A DNA stretch of 64,000 bases from Anaeramoeba ignava BMAN (lineage: Eukaryota; Protista; Anaeramoebae). The position numbers and the translations under genes were made by a program. The stretch covers positions 186,001 through 250,000 of the forward strand of contig JAPDFW010000011.1 in the NCBI GenBank assembly GCA_028826165.1. Direction: 5' to 3'. Positions 13,655-27,480 of the stretch are shown in pieces. Each line of letters begins with the position of its first letter. Position 1 is the stretch's first letter. The notes under the pieces were generated by a model. It searched no databases. It saw only the letters and a list, made by a program, of their open reading frames with translations, and had not been told where the DNA came from.

Positions 13655-16600
13655 TTAGAAAATGATTGAAAAAAGTAAGAAATTAAGAAGTAAAATAGAC
13701 CAAAAAAGATGAGAAGAAGAAGAAATGTAAGGAGTTGGAGAAGGTGTTGGAGTTGGAGTTGGAGTTGGTGTTGGAGTTGGTGTTGGAGTTGGAGTTGGAG
13801 TTGGTGTTGGAGTTGGTGTTGGAGTTGGAGTTGGTGTTGGAGTTGGAGTTGGTGTTGGTGTTGGAGTTGGAGTTGGAGTTGGTGTTGGTGTTGGTGTTGG
13901 TGTTGGTGTTGGTGTTGGTGTTGGTGTTGGTGTTGGTGTTGGTACAACAGTTGTTGGGATTACTAATTGAACTGATGAAAAACCAATTATTGGAAAGAAG
14001 CATTGATCATCAAAATTAATTGTTAATGTTTCATCTTCTGTTATATAATATCCACTTAATGCTGGAATTCTAATCAATACACTTCTTAAATCTTCTGAAA
14101 TGTTTAATGTTGTATTGAAATCTGTTTTAAGTGAAGGTGCAACAATATCAATCCATCCAGTTGATATAGATAAATCAGATGAAAAAGAATCAATAAACAT
14201 GTTTGAAATAGTTTCTTCAAAACTAATTGTTTCATCAAAAACAATATCTCCTTCTGAAAGTGTAAAGTTAATCCAAGCATTTCCTGATCGAATTTTTTCA
14301 TCATTAATATCAGAATAAATTGAAATAGTAGGTTTTATTAAATCAACAAATTTAAAATAAGGATTATCTTGAGATGAAGGAATGATGTTGAAATACAAAA
14401 TATCATCAAAAATAACTCCTCTTGAAGATAATGATTCAGCTGTGATAACCAAATCAGAGTTTTCAGAAGAAGTTGATACCCAATCTGTGTATTCAATAAT
14501 TAAAGAATCATTCAAAGCAAGGAAAACAGTTAAAGTTTCTGTCATATTCTCAATTTTCAAAACCATTCCATTTGATAAAAATGGAGGAGTCATCATAACA
14601 AATCTTTCTGTGTTTAAAAAGGAAGTAAAATACATCCAACCTTTGTATTTAGCAGGGAAAAATTCAGCAACATTAATTTGATAAACAGAATAAGGACGAC
14701 CTGTTGTTCGATAAATTGAAAAGTAAACAGTTGTTTCATATGGAGCTGAGAAGCTCATTGATGTTCCTTCCATATTTCCTGTTTGCATCTGATCATATGA
14801 AGATGGACCTGGATACGAAGTTGATAATGAAGCATAGATAATGTATGTTGCAGTATCTTCAAAATCAGTTGTGTTTTTTTGCAAATTAATCTTCACTTGT
14901 GAATTAACAAAATCATCTCGAGAAACTACTTTGTAATAGAAATATTGAATTTCATTATCATTGTTTGTTTCTCTTTGAATTGTTTCATAAGATGTTATTT
15001 GAGCCCAAGAGTTAAAAGTAGCTGTGAAAGTTCCATCATAAGGTTCTGAGAAATAAATTGCAGCATAAGCATCACCAAAATTAGAGAATGTAATAAAATT
15101 AGAAACATTGAAGGAATAAAGGAAATTTGTTGGAGATGGGAAAATATGACTATCTGTAGAATTAACAATTTTGGAACAAAGATAAACAGAAGCAACAAAA
15201 TTTGCAGGAAGAGTTTGATCAGAAGTAATCTGTAAACCAAGAATATCAGATTCATCAGGAATCATCATTTCAAGAAGAATAAGTGAGTTATTAACTGATG
15301 TTAAAGTTGTTTCTTTTCCAGGAATCAAATTCCAATAAGGTCCTAAAGATAAAGAATATTGAACTGATGTTTGATAAGCAAAAATATCGATTGACATTTG
15401 ATAAGTTCCAGGAATTTGAGTATTCCAAGACCAAATCCAATCACATACTGAAGGAGCATTTGTACAGCTATATCCAGCAATTAGAAGTTCTTCATCTACT
15501 AAACTTGTGATTGAATAAGAAGCCCATTTATTGTTGTTATAATCCCAAACAAAAAGATCAGGATTACCTGTTTTTCCATCTTCCAAAGAATTTGTTGATA
15601 CATAAATAAACATTCCATGAGCATATGCACTTGTTGGATCAACATCAATATCATAAAATTCAACAGCTCCAGCAGTTAATGTTCCTTGTGATTTTCCTTT
15701 AAAATTTGAATATCTCTGTAAATAAACAAGAACAGGAGTTGTGATTCCATTTCCACGTAATCCCCAAATAACTGTTCCATTTGGAGGATTAGGTGTATAG
15801 TAATGAGTATATCCAGTGTTAGAGTAAGATGGAGTATCACAAACTGAAGTAACTGAACTTGTATTTAACCAAAGATAAAAATAGAGAGATGAAGAATATA
15901 TATAATAATTTAGTCTTCTTACTCCTTCTGGGATTTGCATATCAAAGAAATAATACACCGAATCATTAAATTGAATTGATTCAGAAGGTTTTCCAAAAAT
16001 TGTGGATTGAGTTCCTTTAAAAACTCCCATAGTAATATTTGTAGGAGAAGCATCAGGAATATCATAAGTTACATCACATCTTGTTGAATTACAAGTTCCC
16101 AAATTGTAACTAAGAGTTGATCCAATTTGTTCATCTGACCATATAGCTACATCTTTCCAAGCTTGAATTGCAAAATTAGTATCATCATCAAGATTTGAAT
16201 AACAAAATAATTGATCCCAAAATGGATTTGCTCCAGTCAAATGAGTTGTCTCTAAGAGAGCATATCCAGTTCGTTGAAATTTCAAATAATATGTTTCAGA
16301 ACTAGATGGGAAATTTTTTCCTGAAACAAAATGAAGAACTCCATCATAAATGTTAGTACTAACATTTACATAAATTGTTCCAGAACTTGGATTATCATCT
16401 CTTGATAATTGAATAGTTGTATTTGAGCAACCATCAGGAAGACAATCTGAAACATTAAGAGAACCTGATCCAATATAATCATCAATATTTCCAGTATCTT
16501 CATCATAAACATCAAAGGTTATGTTCAATGTAGGATCAAAATTAGTGAATTTCATTGGATAACTATTCCAATTAGGATCTTGACCAGATGCAGAAGGAGA

Positions 16601-18220
16601 TCTAACACTAGTTGAATCTAAAGTAGCAATAACATAAGGACTAATTTCACCCCACCAATCATAAGCATCAAGTTTTTTACCATTAAGTAAATGAACAATG
16701 ATTCTACTGTCTGGATTTGTGAAATAATCACCAGGATCATAGCTTCCATCATATCTAGTAAAGTCTTGATCTCCCAAACAACCTGAACATACTGAACAAG
16801 TTAATTCAGTTTTGCCAAAAATTGTGAAATCCCAAAATTTTGGAAGAAATTTACTGATTATATCTGAAAATACAGGAAGTTCAATTTCAGGAAATCCAAT
16901 TTTTCCAATAATCTCAAAAAAAGTGTTGTATCCAAAAACTCCCTGTTGGCAATGTTTATTGTCAACACTGAAATTTGTTGTGATAGTTGGCTCAACTGAA
17001 AATTCTAATTTCGCTGCAGAATAAAGAGATATACCTATTTTGGGAATCAAAGCAACTCCAAGAAGAATTTCCAAATCAGTGCTATCACAAGAAGAGGAAG
17101 TTGTGAGGAGTTTATGTTCTAAAGATGATTGTTTATACCATCCTTGAGAAGGTTCATAAAAAACACCTAAGAATCCACGAGCAACAAATTTCTTCCCATA
17201 TTTCAACATATTTTGTAAATGAACTTCAGCTGTAAATTTTGTACTTAATCCTCCATATAAAGCAAGATTAACTGGAACTGGACCCATCAAAAAAAGTTTT
17301 GAAAAAAGTTCTATTTCTGAAATAATTTCTACTTCTTTTTCTCCATTCCAATCTACATCTCCAAGTGACACTTCTGCACTTGCTTCAAAAGTTGGACTAA
17401 TTGAAAACTCAACTTTTTTCAATGACCACCAAGAAATTGAGACTTGAAATTTGAATTGAATGTTTAAGTTTACGTAACAATTTGAACAAGTAACTAAATT
17501 CCCATAAACTGGGATAACATCTTTAGCTTTTCCATCTTCATAATTAAATCCAACATTCCAATTCTTTGTATACGAAGGACCCCAACCAAGACCTGAATCA
17601 AGATGATTTTCCATATTTGGATCATAAGGAGGATGTCCAGTTATTGTTGTTTCTACTGTATGAGCTACTTCTTCTAAATTGATTTTCTTGAGTTTGATTT
17701 TCATTATTTTTCTTCCATCTTTCATATCAACTTCTACTTCTTCAGGAAATTCCAAAGGTTCATAGAAAGGATAATCACAATTTCCACAAACAATAGCATC
17801 TTCTTTTTTCCATTTTTTTGTGATTTTAAGTGATTCTTCTGAGTTTCTTATTCTCATAAACAAAGTTGAAGAATTATCAAGTGAATTTTCTAAGAATTGG
17901 AAATCTTCAATATGTTCTTCAAAATCAATATTTGTGATTTCTCTTGAATGTTCAACATGATATCTCATTCTGATCATTTCTCCATTTTCTCTGTAATAAT
18001 CCTTAAAAGCTGCATGTTTTTTGATTCCTTTTTCTTTTGCTTTTTTATATTCTTCTTGTGTGAATCCTATTGTTTCTAAAACTTGTTTAGATAATCCAAT
18101 TTCATGTCTATTCTTTAAGTTCTCAACTACTTCTTTTTCTTCATAAGTAAGTTTGTTTTCTTTGATTGTTTCACCTAAAAAGAACAAAGTAAAAATTATT
18201 AAAAAAAAGAGGATTTTCAT
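13655..18220 (-). CDS. Large intronless secreted, predicted GPI-anchored surface protein (copy A, ~1521 aa): signal peptide, beta-rich N-region, two C2-like domains, beta-sandwich modules, (PT)n stalk
   Basis: Likely start [16 protein letters not shown] at 18220; C2 motifs [25 protein letters not shown] and NPFWD..FAIQAW.D...D.QIG; long PT repeat; SSSS plus hydrophobic C-terminus with no cytosolic tail. Confidence 0.85.
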   Translation of the reverse strand: MKILFFLIIFTLFFLGETIKENKLTYEEKEVVENLKNRHEIGLSKQVLETIGFTQEEYKKAKEKGIKKHAAFKDYYRENGEMIRMRYHVEHSREITNIDFEEHIEDFQFLENSLDNSSTLFMRIRNSEESLKITKKWKKEDAIVCGNCDYPFYEPLEFPEEVEVDMKDGRKIMKIKLKKINLEEVAHTVETTITGHPPYDPNMENHLDSGLGWGPSYTKNWNVGFNYEDGKAKDVIPVYGNLVTCSNCYVNLNIQFKFQVSISWWSLKKVEFSISPTFEASAEVSLGDVDWNGEKEVEIISEIELFSKLFLMGPVPVNLALYGGLSTKFTAEVHLQNMLKYGKKFVARGFLGVFYEPSQGWYKQSSLEHKLLTTSSSCDSTDLEILLGVALIPKIGISLYSAAKLEFSVEPTITTNFSVDNKHCQQGVFGYNTFFEIIGKIGFPEIELPVFSDIISKFLPKFWDFTIFGKTELTCSVCSGCLGDQDFTRYDGSYDPGDYFTNPDSRIIVHLLNGKKLDAYDWWGEISPYVIATLDSTSVRSPSASGQDPNWNSYPMKFTNFDPTLNITFDVYDEDTGNIDDYIGSGSLNVSDCLPDGCSNTTIQLSRDDNPSSGTIYVNVSTNIYDGVLHFVSGKNFPSSSETYYLKFQRTGYALLETTHLTGANPFWDQLFCYSNLDDDTNFAIQAWKDVAIWSDEQIGSTLSYNLGTCNSTRCDVTYDIPDASPTNITMGVFKGTQSTIFGKPSESIQFNDSVYYFFDMQIPEGVRRLNYYIYSSSLYFYLWLNTSSVTSVCDTPSYSNTGYTHYYTPNPPNGTVIWGLRGNGITTPVLVYLQRYSNFKGKSQGTLTAGAVEFYDIDVDPTSAYAHGMFIYVSTNSLEDGKTGNPDLFVWDYNNNKWASYSITSLVDEELLIAGYSCTNAPSVCDWIWSWNTQIPGTYQMSIDIFAYQTSVQYSLSLGPYWNLIPGKETTLTSVNNSLILLEMMIPDESDILGLQITSDQTLPANFVASVYLCSKIVNSTDSHIFPSPTNFLYSFNVSNFITFSNFGDAYAAIYFSEPYDGTFTATFNSWAQITSYETIQRETNNDNEIQYFYYKVVSRDDFVNSQVKINLQKNTTDFEDTATYIIYASLSTSYPGPSSYDQMQTGNMEGTSMSFSAPYETTVYFSIYRTTGRPYSVYQINVAEFFPAKYKGWMYFTSFLNTERFVMMTPPFLSNGMVLKIENMTETLTVFLALNDSLIIEYTDWVSTSSENSDLVITAESLSSRGVIFDDILYFNIIPSSQDNPYFKFVDLIKPTISIYSDINDEKIRSGNAWINFTLSEGDIVFDETISFEETISNMFIDSFSSDLSISTGWIDIVAPSLKTDFNTTLNISEDLRSVLIRIPALSGYYITEDETLTINFDDQCFFPIIGFSSVQLVIPTTVVPTPTPTPTPTPTPTPTPTPTPTPTPTPTPTPTPTPTPTPTPTPTPTPTPTPTPTPTPTPTPTPTPTPSPTPYISSSSHLFWSILLLNFLLFSIIF

Positions 18221-18769
18221 TTCAAAAATATTTTTTTTATTATTTTTTAGCAATAAAAAATAAAGCTAAAAGTAAAAAAATGAATAAAAAAATTTTTTTT
18301 TCTTTTTTAAATTCAAATTGTCTACTTTTTTTGATCGTTGAAAACAAAAAAAAATTAAATTAATTTAATTAAAATAACAAAAGATAAATTAAAAAAAAGA
18401 ATGAAAAAGAGTTAAATTTCTTTTTTGATCATTCTTTTATTTTAAAACTTTGAATTTATGAAATTATGTAATTGTTTTCTTGTTTAAATTTTTTGTTTAT
18501 GGGGGCAAATGTAGACAAAATTTCTTTTAAGAGAAAAATGAAGAAAACAAATTAAATTGAAGCCAAATTCAAACTAATTTCAAGACAAAAAAAAAAGGAA
18601 TTTGAATTTTAATTTGATTTGAATTAGAATTAAAAAGAAAAAGGAATTTAAATTTAAATTTAAATTGGAATTTTAATTAAAAAGAAAAAGGAATTTAAAT
18701 TTAATTGGAATTTTACAAGTGGAATTTAAATTTAAATTTCAAAATAAAAAAAAGGAATTTGAATTTTAA

Positions 18770-19280
18770 TTTAATTTGATTTAATTTGATTTAATTTTAA
18801 TTTAATTTTGATTTAATTTTGATTTAATTTTGATTTATTTTTGATTTATTTTTGATTTAATTTTGATTTAATTTTGATTTAATTTTGATTTGATTTTAAT
18901 TTGATTTTAATTTAATTTAATTTTAATTTAATTTTAATTTAATTTTAATTTAATTTTGATTTAAATTTAATTTAATTTTGATTTAATTTTAATTTAATTT
19001 TAATTTAATTTTGATTTAATTTTGATTTAATTTTGATTTAATTTTGATTTAATTTTAATTTAATTTTGATTTGATTTTAATTTAATTTTAATTTAATTTT
19101 GATTTAATTTTGATTTAAATTTAATTTAATTTTGATTTAATTTTGATTTAATTTTAATTTAATTTTGATTTAAATTTAAATTTGATTTAATTTAATTTGA
19201 TTTTAATTTAATTTTGATTTAATTTTGATTTAATTTTAATTTAATTTTGATTTGATTTTGATTTAATTTTAATTTAATTT
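18770..19280. repeat. 11-bp array (TTTAATTTTGA/TTTAATTTTAA)n at the duplication junction
   Basis: The same array recurs at 26300-26990. Confidence 0.9.
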
Positions 19281-20724
19281 TGGTTCACTTTCATATTCAT
19301 ATTCACTTTGATATTGAATTTGATTTTGAATTTGATTTTGATTTTGATTTTGATTTTCAATTTCATTTTCATTTTCAATTACATCTAATTTTTTTAAATT
19401 TTTATTAGAAAACCAAATATGTTCAAGAGCTTTTTCTTGCGTTATTCGAGAATTTGGATCAACAACTAAAAATCTTTTAATTAAGTCAATTACTAAACAA
19501 AACAAATCTAAAATTTGATTTAATTTTGATTTTGAATTGGAATATTTATATTTGGTTTGAGTATTTATTTTTGATTTGGAATATTTATTTTTGAATATGT
19601 GTTGAATTTTTCAGTTTTAATACAGTTAATATAAATTTATTTTTATCAATAATTTTAATTGCATATTGTTTTCCTGTTGATTTTTCTGTTCCTTCTTTTA
19701 CTGTTGCAAATTGTCCACTGATATTTAGAGAATTATTAATTTAAAAAACAAAATTTATTATTCCAAAAAAAAAAGTGGATTAAAAAATAATATTTTTTTT
19801 ATTACATTCCAAGAATTTTATCTCTAATATCATAAAATTGATGAATTCCACTCTAATATAAAATAAAATAATATAATATAAAATAAAATAATATAATATA
19901 ATATAAAATAATATAAAATAAAATAAAGTTATTTCGAAAAAAATTTTTTAATTCAAATTTTTAATTTACTTGTTCGATTGGTTTTTTTTTTTCAAGAAAA
20001 TTACGAAAAGCATAAGTTACAACTAAAACATTATAATTTAAATTATTATTTCCATTTTTATTTTTAGAATATAAATTGAAATTATTTATTTAATACCTGG
20101 TGGAATATGAGAACCTGAAAAAGATCCAAGAGAAATCTGATCTGAATCATATAAAACTGTTTGTTGTCCTTTTTTTAGTTTCTATTAAAATTCATTTATA
20201 AAATTAAAATTAAAATTGAAATTCATTTATAAAATTAAAATTAAAATTCAAATTCATTTATAAAATTAAAATTAAAATTGAAATTCATTTATAAAATTAA
20301 AATTGAAATTAAAATTAAAGCTACATTATTATTAATAAATGTTCCATTTGTTGATGTATCTTTAATATAAATTAAAATATGATTTGGGTTGTTTGGTTCA
20401 GGTTTTTTAAAAATTGAACAATGATTTGTGCTAATTCTTCTATCAGTAAAAACACGAGAACAATTTAAATTTCTTCCAATAGTAACTTTAAAATAATTTT
20501 TATTAATAATATTATTATTAATAATAAGTTTGTTTTTTTTTTGTGTTTTTGAGGAATTCTTTTAAAGAAAAAAATTTACTTGGTTCTTCTCCAATTAAAT
20601 CAATAACTTCAAATGAACGATCATAAGGAATTAATTTCCCCCAAATTCCATTCATTTCATTTTGAGATTGTGAACTATTTAATCCATTATCATTTTCAAT
20701 AAGTGTTTCTGCAATATCTGCCAT
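19269..20724 (-). pseudogene. Duplicate of the FHA kinase lacking exons 7-10 (pseudogene, or a 195-aa FHA-only product)
   Basis: Exons 1-6 match copy 1; intron 6 is fused to intron 10 near 19510-19545; exon 11 remnant at 19492-19280 is out of frame. Confidence 0.85.
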
Positions 20725-23700
20725 ATTTAAAAATAAATATAATAAAGAAAATTAATAAAGAAAATTGGAAGAAAAAGAAGAAGAAAGAAAAATTGAAAAA
20801 TGAAAAATTTTTTTTATAATTTTTATTTTGAAAAAAGAAATTTGAAAAGAAATTTGAAAAAGAAAAAAAATTTCCAGTAAAAAAAATTTTCAAAAAGAAA
20901 TTTGAAAAGGAAATTGGTTGTTTCAAAAAAAAAATTTTTGTTCCTCTTTTTGAAAAAAAAAAAACTGGAATTGTTTTGAAAAGAAAAAAGAAATTTTGAA
21001 AAGAAATTTGAATTAGAAAATGATTGAAAAAAGTAAGAAATTAAGAAGTAAAATAGACCAAAAAAGATGAGAAGAAGAAGAAACGTAAGGAGTTGGAGAA
21101 GGTGTTGGTGTTGGTGTTGGAGTTGGTGTTGGTGTTGGTGTTGGTGTTGGTGTTGGTGTTGGAGTTGGAGTTGGTGTTGGAGTTGGTGTTGGAGTTGGTG
21201 TTGGAGTTGGAGTTGGAGTTGGTGTTGGTGTTGGTGTTGGTGTTGGTGTTGGAGTTGGAGTTGGAGTTGGTGTTGGAGTTGGAGTTGGAGTTGGAGTTGG
21301 AGTTGGAGTTGGTGTTGGTGTTGGTGTTGGTGTTGGTGTTGGTACAACAGTTGTTGGGATTACTAATTGAACTGATGAAAAACCAATTATTGGAAAGAAG
21401 CATTGTTCATCAAAACTAATTGTTAATGTTTCATCTTCTGTTATATAATATCCACTTAATGCTGGAATTCTAATCAATACACTTCTTAAATCTTCTGAAA
21501 TGTTTAATGTTGTATTGAAATCTGTTTTAAGTGAAGGTGCAACAATATCAATCCATCCAGTTGATATAGATAAATCAGATGAAAAAGAATCAATAAACAT
21601 GTTTGAAATAGTTTCTTCAAAACTAATTGTTTCATCAAAAACAATATCTCCTTCTGAAAGAGTAAAGTTAATCCAAGCATTTCCTGATCGAATTTTTTCA
21701 TCATCAATATCAGAATAAATTGAAATAGTAGGTTTTATCAAATCAACAAATTTAAAATAAGGATAATCTTGAGATGAAGTTATTATGTTGAAATACAAAG
21801 TATCACTAACAATAACTCCTCTTGAAGATAATGATTCAGCTGTGATAACCAAATCAGAGTTTTCAGAAGAAGTTGATACCCAATCTGTGTATTCAATAAT
21901 TAAAGAATCATTCAAAGCAAGGAAAACAGTTAAAGTTTCTGTCATATTCTCAATTTTCAAAACCATTCCATTTGATAAAAATGGAGGAGTCATCATAACA
22001 AATCTTTCTGTGTTTAAAAAGGAAGTATAATAGAACCAACCTTTAACTTGAGCAGGGAAAAATTCAGCAACATTAATTTGATAAACAGAATAAGGACGAC
22101 CTGTTGTTCGATAAATTGAAAAGTAAACAGTTGTTTCATATGGAGCTGAGAAGCTCATTGATGTTCCTTCCATATTTCCTGTTTGCATCTGATCATATGA
22201 AGATGGACCTGGATACGAAGTTGATAATGAAGCATAGATAATGTATGTTGCAGTATCTTCAAAATCAGTTGTGTTTTTTTGCAAATTAATCTTCACTTGT
22301 GAATTAACAAAATCATCTCGAGAAACTACTTTGTAATAGAAATATTGAATTTCATTATCATTGTTTGTTTCTCTTTGAATTGTTTCATAAGATTTTATTT
22401 GAGTTCGGGAGTTAAAAGTAGCTGTGAAAGTTCCATCATAAGGTTCTGAGAAATAAATTGCAGCATAAGCATCACCAAAATTAGAGAATGTAATAGAATC
22501 AGAAACATTGAAGGAATAAAGGAAATTTGTTGGAGATGGGAAAATATGACTATCTGTAGAATTAACAATTTTGGAACAAAGATAAACAGAAGCAATAAAA
22601 TTTGCAGGAAGAGTTTGATCAGCAGTAATCTGTAAACCAAGAATATCAGATTCATCAGGAATCATCATTTCAAGAAGAATAAGTGAGTTATTAACTGATG
22701 TTAAAGTTGTTTCTTTTCCAGGAATCAAATTCCAATAAGGTCCTAAAGATAAAGAATATTGAACTGATGTTTGATAAGCAAAAACAGCAATTGACATTTG
22801 ATAAATTTCAGGAATTTGAGTATTCCAAGACCAAATCCAATCACATACTGAAGGAGCATTTGTACAGCTATATCCAGCAATTAGAAGTTCTTCATCTACT
22901 AAATTTGTGATTGAATAAGAAGCCCATTTATTGTTGTTATAATCCCAAACAAAAAGATCAGGATTACCTGTTTTTCCATCTTCCAAAGAATTTGTTGATA
23001 CATAAATAAACATTCCATGAGCATATGCACTTGTTGGATCAACATCAATATCATAAAATTCAACAGCTCCAGCAGTTAATGTTCCTTGTGATTTCCCTTC
23101 AAAATTTGAATATCTCTGTAAATAAACAAGAACAGGGGTTGTGATTCCATTTCCACGTAATCCCCAAATAACTGTTCCATTTGGAGGATTAGGTGTATAG
23201 TAACTAGTATATCCAGTGTTAGAGTAATTAGCCGCAGAGCAAACTGAAGTAACTGAACTTGTATTTAACCAGAGATAAAAATAGAGAGATGAAGAATATA
23301 TATAATAATTTAGTCTTCTTACTCCTTCTGGGATTTGCATATCAAAGAAATAATATACCCAGTCATTAAATTGAATTGATTCGGAAGGTTTTCCAAAAAT
23401 TGTGGATTGAGTTCCTTTAAAAACTCCCATAGTAATATAAGTAGGATAAGCATCAGGAATATCATAACTTACATCACATCTTGTTGAATTACAAATTCCC
23501 AAATTGTAATTAAGAGTTGATCCAATTTGTGTATCGAAAATTAAATCTTCCCAAGCTTTAATTGCAAAATTAGTATCATCATCAAGATTTGAATAACAAG
23601 ATAATTTATCCCAAAATGGATTTGCTCCAGTCAAATGAGATGTCTCTAAGGGATCATATCCAGGTCGTTGATATTCCAAATAATATGTTTCAGAACTAGA

Positions 23701-26700
23701 TGGGAAATCACTTCCTGAAACAAAATGAAGAACTCCATCATAACTGTTAGTATTAACATCTACATAAATTGTTCCAGAATTTGGATTATCATCTCTTGAT
23801 AATTGAATAGTTTGAGTTGAGCAACCATCAGGAAGACAACCTGAAACATAAAGAGAACCTGATCCAATATAATCATCAATATTTCCAGTATCTTCATCAT
23901 AAACATCAAAGATTATCTGTGAGAGAGGATCAAAATTAGTGAATTTCATTGGATAACTATTCCAATTAGGATCTTGACCAGATGCAGAAGGAGATCTAAC
24001 ACTAGTTGAATCTAAAGTAGCAATAACATAAGGATTAATATCTCCAAATATGTCATAGGCATCAAGATTTTCACCATTAAGTAAATGAACAGTGATTCTA
24101 CTGTCTGAATTTGATGAATAATCACCAGGATCATAGCTTCCATCATCTCTAGTAAAGTTTTGATCTCCCAAACAACCTGAACATACTGAACAAGTTAATT
24201 CAGTTTTGCCAAAAATTGTGAAATCCCAATCCTTTGGAAGAAATTTATTGATTACATCTGAAAATACAGGAAGTTCAATTTCAGGAATTGTGAATCTCCC
24301 AATAACCTCAAAAAAAGTGTTGTATCCAAAAACTCCAGGTTGGCAATGCTCATTTCCAATACTGAAATTAGTTGTGATAGTTGGCTCAACTGAAAATTCT
24401 ACTTTCGCTGTAGAATAAAGAGAAACACCTATTTTGGGAATCAAAGCAACTCCAAGAAGAATTTCCAAATCAGTGATGGTATCGAAAGAAGAGTTACTTG
24501 TGAGGAATTCATGTTCTAAAGATGATTGTTTATACCATCCTTGAGAAGGTTCATAAAAAACACCTAAGAATCCATTAGCCTTAAATACTTTCCCATATTT
24601 CAACATATTTTGTAAACTAACTTCAGCTGTAAATTTTGTACTTAATCCTCCATATAAAGCAAGATTAACTGGAACATATCCCATCAAAAAAAGTTTTGAA
24701 AAAAGTTCTTTTTCTGAAATAATTTCTACTTCTTTTTCTCCATTCCAATCTACATCTCCAAGTGACACTTCTGCACTTGCTTCAAAAGTTGGAGTAATTG
24801 AAAACTCAACTTTTTTCAATGACCACCAAGAAATTGAGATTTGAAATTTGAATTGAATGTTTAAGTTTACGTAACAATTTGAACAATTAACTAAATTCTC
24901 ATAAATTGGGATAACATCTTTAGCTTTTCCATCTTCATAATTAAATCCAACATTCCATTTCTTAGTATACGAAGGACCCCAACCAAGACCTGAATCAAGA
25001 TGATTTTTCATATTTGGATCATAAGGAGGATGCCCAGTTATTGTTGCTTCTACTGTATGAGCTACTTCTTCTAAATTGATTTTCTTGAGTTTGATTTTCA
25101 TTATTTTTCTTCCATCTTTCATATCAACTTCTACTTCTTCAGGAAATTCTAAAGGTTCATAGAAAGGATAATCACAATTTCCACAAACAATAGCATCTTC
25201 TTTTTTCCATTTTTTTGTGATTTTAAGTGATTCTTCTGAGTTTCTTATTCTCATAAACAAAGTTGAAGAATTATCAAGTGAATTTTCTAAGAATTGGAAA
25301 TCTTCAATATGTTCTTCAAAATCAATATTTGTGATTTCTCTTGAATGTTCAACATGATATCTCATTCTGATCATTTCTCCATTTTCTCTGTAGTAATCCT
25401 TAAAAGCTGCATGTTTTTTGATTCCTTTTTCTTTTGCTTTTTTATATTCTTCTTGTGTGAATCCTATTGATTCTAAAACTTGTTTAGATAATCCAGTTTC
25501 ATGTCTATTCTTTAAGTTCTCAACTACTTCTTTTTCTTCATAAGTAAGTTTGTTTTCTTTGATTGTTTCACCTAAAAAGAACAAAGTAAAAATTATTAAA
25601 AAAAAGAGGATTTTCATTTCAAAAATATTATTTTTATTATTTTTTAGCAATAAAAAATAAAGCTAAAAGTAAAAAAATGAATAAAAAAAAATTTTTTTTT
25701 TCTTTTAATTCAAATTGTCTACTTTTTTTGATCGTTGAAAACAAAAAAAAATTAAATTAATTTAATTAAAATAGCAAAAGATAAATATTGAAATAACAAA
25801 AGATAAATTAAAAAAAAGAATGAAAAAGAGTTAAATTTCTTTTTTGATCATTCTTTTATTTTAAAACTTTGAATTTATAAAATTATGTAATTGTTTGCTT
25901 GTTTAAATTTTTTGTTTATGGGGGCAAATGTAGACAAAATTTCTTTTAAGAGAAAAATGAAGAAAACAAATTAAATTGAAGCCAAATTCAAACTAATTTC
26001 AAGACAAAAAAAAAAGGAATTTGAATTTGAATTTGAATTAGAATTAAAAAGAAAAAGGAATTTGAATTTAATTGGAATTTTACAAGTGGAATTTAAATTT
26101 TAATTTCAAAATAAAAAAAAGGAATTTGAATTTTGATTTAAATTAGAATTAAAATTAAAAAAGAAAAAGGAATTTGAATTTGAATTTGAATTAGAATTAA
26201 AATTAAAAAAAGAAAAAGGAATTTAAATTTAATTGGAATTTTACAAGTGGAATTTAAATTTTAATTTCAAAATAAAAAAAAGGAATTTGAATTTTGATTT
26301 AATTTAAATTTAATTTTGATTTAATTTTAATTTAATTTTGATTTAATTTTGATTTAATTTTAATTTTAATTTTAATTTAATTTTGATTTAATTTTGATTT
26401 AATTTTGATTTAATTTTAATTTAATTTTGATTTAATTTTGATTTAATTTTAATTTAATTTTAATTTAATTTTGATTTAATTTTGATTTAATTTTTAATTT
26501 AATTTTAATTTAATTTTAATTTAATTTTAATTTAATTTTAATTTAATTTTAATTTAATTTTAATTTAATTTTAATTTAATTTTGATTTAATTTTGATTTA
26601 ATTTTGATTTAATTTTGATTTAATTTTAATTTAATTTAAATTTAATTTTAATTTAATTTTAATTTAATTTTGATTTGATTTTAATTTAATTTTAATTTAA

Positions 26701-26990
26701 ATTAGAATTAATTTTGATTTAATTTTAATTTAATTTTGATTTAATTTTGATTTAATTTTGATTTAATTTTGATTTAATTTTGATTTAATTTTGATTTAAT
26801 TTTGATTTAATTTTGATTTAATTTTAATTTAATTTTAATTTAATTTTGATTTAATTTTGATTTAATTTTGATTTAATTTTGATTTAATTTTGATTTAATT
26901 TTGATTTAATTTTAATTTAATTTTAATTTAATTTTAATTTAATTTTGATTTAATTTTAATTTAATTTTAATTTAATTTTAATTTAATTTT
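19281..26990. repeat. Tandem segmental duplication of ~9510-19280 carrying a ~2.3-kb internal deletion
   Basis: Near-identical kinase exons and introns, intergenic DNA, surface-protein gene, upstream region and trailing 11-bp array. Confidence 0.9.
21013..25617 (-). CDS. Large predicted GPI-anchored C2/PT-stalk surface protein, copy B (~1534 aa)
   Basis: Paralog of 13655-18220 with the same signal peptide and tail, a longer PT stalk and a diverged central region. Confidence 0.85.
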   Translation of the reverse strand: MKILFFLIIFTLFFLGETIKENKLTYEEKEVVENLKNRHETGLSKQVLESIGFTQEEYKKAKEKGIKKHAAFKDYYRENGEMIRMRYHVEHSREITNIDFEEHIEDFQFLENSLDNSSTLFMRIRNSEESLKITKKWKKEDAIVCGNCDYPFYEPLEFPEEVEVDMKDGRKIMKIKLKKINLEEVAHTVEATITGHPPYDPNMKNHLDSGLGWGPSYTKKWNVGFNYEDGKAKDVIPIYENLVNCSNCYVNLNIQFKFQISISWWSLKKVEFSITPTFEASAEVSLGDVDWNGEKEVEIISEKELFSKLFLMGYVPVNLALYGGLSTKFTAEVSLQNMLKYGKVFKANGFLGVFYEPSQGWYKQSSLEHEFLTSNSSFDTITDLEILLGVALIPKIGVSLYSTAKVEFSVEPTITTNFSIGNEHCQPGVFGYNTFFEVIGRFTIPEIELPVFSDVINKFLPKDWDFTIFGKTELTCSVCSGCLGDQNFTRDDGSYDPGDYSSNSDSRITVHLLNGENLDAYDIFGDINPYVIATLDSTSVRSPSASGQDPNWNSYPMKFTNFDPLSQIIFDVYDEDTGNIDDYIGSGSLYVSGCLPDGCSTQTIQLSRDDNPNSGTIYVDVNTNSYDGVLHFVSGSDFPSSSETYYLEYQRPGYDPLETSHLTGANPFWDKLSCYSNLDDDTNFAIKAWEDLIFDTQIGSTLNYNLGICNSTRCDVSYDIPDAYPTYITMGVFKGTQSTIFGKPSESIQFNDWVYYFFDMQIPEGVRRLNYYIYSSSLYFYLWLNTSSVTSVCSAANYSNTGYTSYYTPNPPNGTVIWGLRGNGITTPVLVYLQRYSNFEGKSQGTLTAGAVEFYDIDVDPTSAYAHGMFIYVSTNSLEDGKTGNPDLFVWDYNNNKWASYSITNLVDEELLIAGYSCTNAPSVCDWIWSWNTQIPEIYQMSIAVFAYQTSVQYSLSLGPYWNLIPGKETTLTSVNNSLILLEMMIPDESDILGLQITADQTLPANFIASVYLCSKIVNSTDSHIFPSPTNFLYSFNVSDSITFSNFGDAYAAIYFSEPYDGTFTATFNSRTQIKSYETIQRETNNDNEIQYFYYKVVSRDDFVNSQVKINLQKNTTDFEDTATYIIYASLSTSYPGPSSYDQMQTGNMEGTSMSFSAPYETTVYFSIYRTTGRPYSVYQINVAEFFPAQVKGWFYYTSFLNTERFVMMTPPFLSNGMVLKIENMTETLTVFLALNDSLIIEYTDWVSTSSENSDLVITAESLSSRGVIVSDTLYFNIITSSQDYPYFKFVDLIKPTISIYSDIDDEKIRSGNAWINFTLSEGDIVFDETISFEETISNMFIDSFSSDLSISTGWIDIVAPSLKTDFNTTLNISEDLRSVLIRIPALSGYYITEDETLTISFDEQCFFPIIGFSSVQLVIPTTVVPTPTPTPTPTPTPTPTPTPTPTPTPTPTPTPTPTPTPTPTPTPTPTPTPTPTPTPTPTPTPTPTPTPTPTPTPTPTPTPTPSPTPYVSSSSHLFWSILLLNFLLFSIIF

Positions 26991-27480
26991 AAAAGTGGAA
27001 TTTAAATTGAATTAAAAAGAAAAAGGAATTTAAATTGAATTTTTATTTTCTTGTTTTGAGATCAAAAAAAAATTCCTAAAATTTTTAATAAGAAAGAAAA
27101 CTTTATTTGAAAAATTAAATTTAAAATTGTTTATAAAATAAAAAAAATAAAAAGAATTATTTTTGGAAAATTGGAAAAAGATCAAATAATTCATCTTTTT
27201 TTTTTTTTAATTTTGATTTAATTTTGATGTTTTTTTTTTTAATTTTTTTTTTATTTTTAAAAGTTGGTTAATTTGACTTTTGTTTTTAAAAAAAGAAAGA
27301 AAGAAAATTAAATTAAAATTAAAATTTAAAATAAAAAAATAAGGAAAAAATAATACTTTCCGGCAAATAAACCAAAAGAAAATCATTTTAAAAAAATAAA
27401 CAAATCAAAAATCATTTTTCATTTTTTTATTTTTATTTTTATTTTCTTTTTATTTTTTTATTTTAATCTTAATTTACAAA

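Noticed and set aside
13745-13945. (GGTGTT/GGAGTT)n resembling a telomeric repeat (also ~21103-21345)
   Set aside because: It is the antisense of the coding (Pro-Thr)n stalk.
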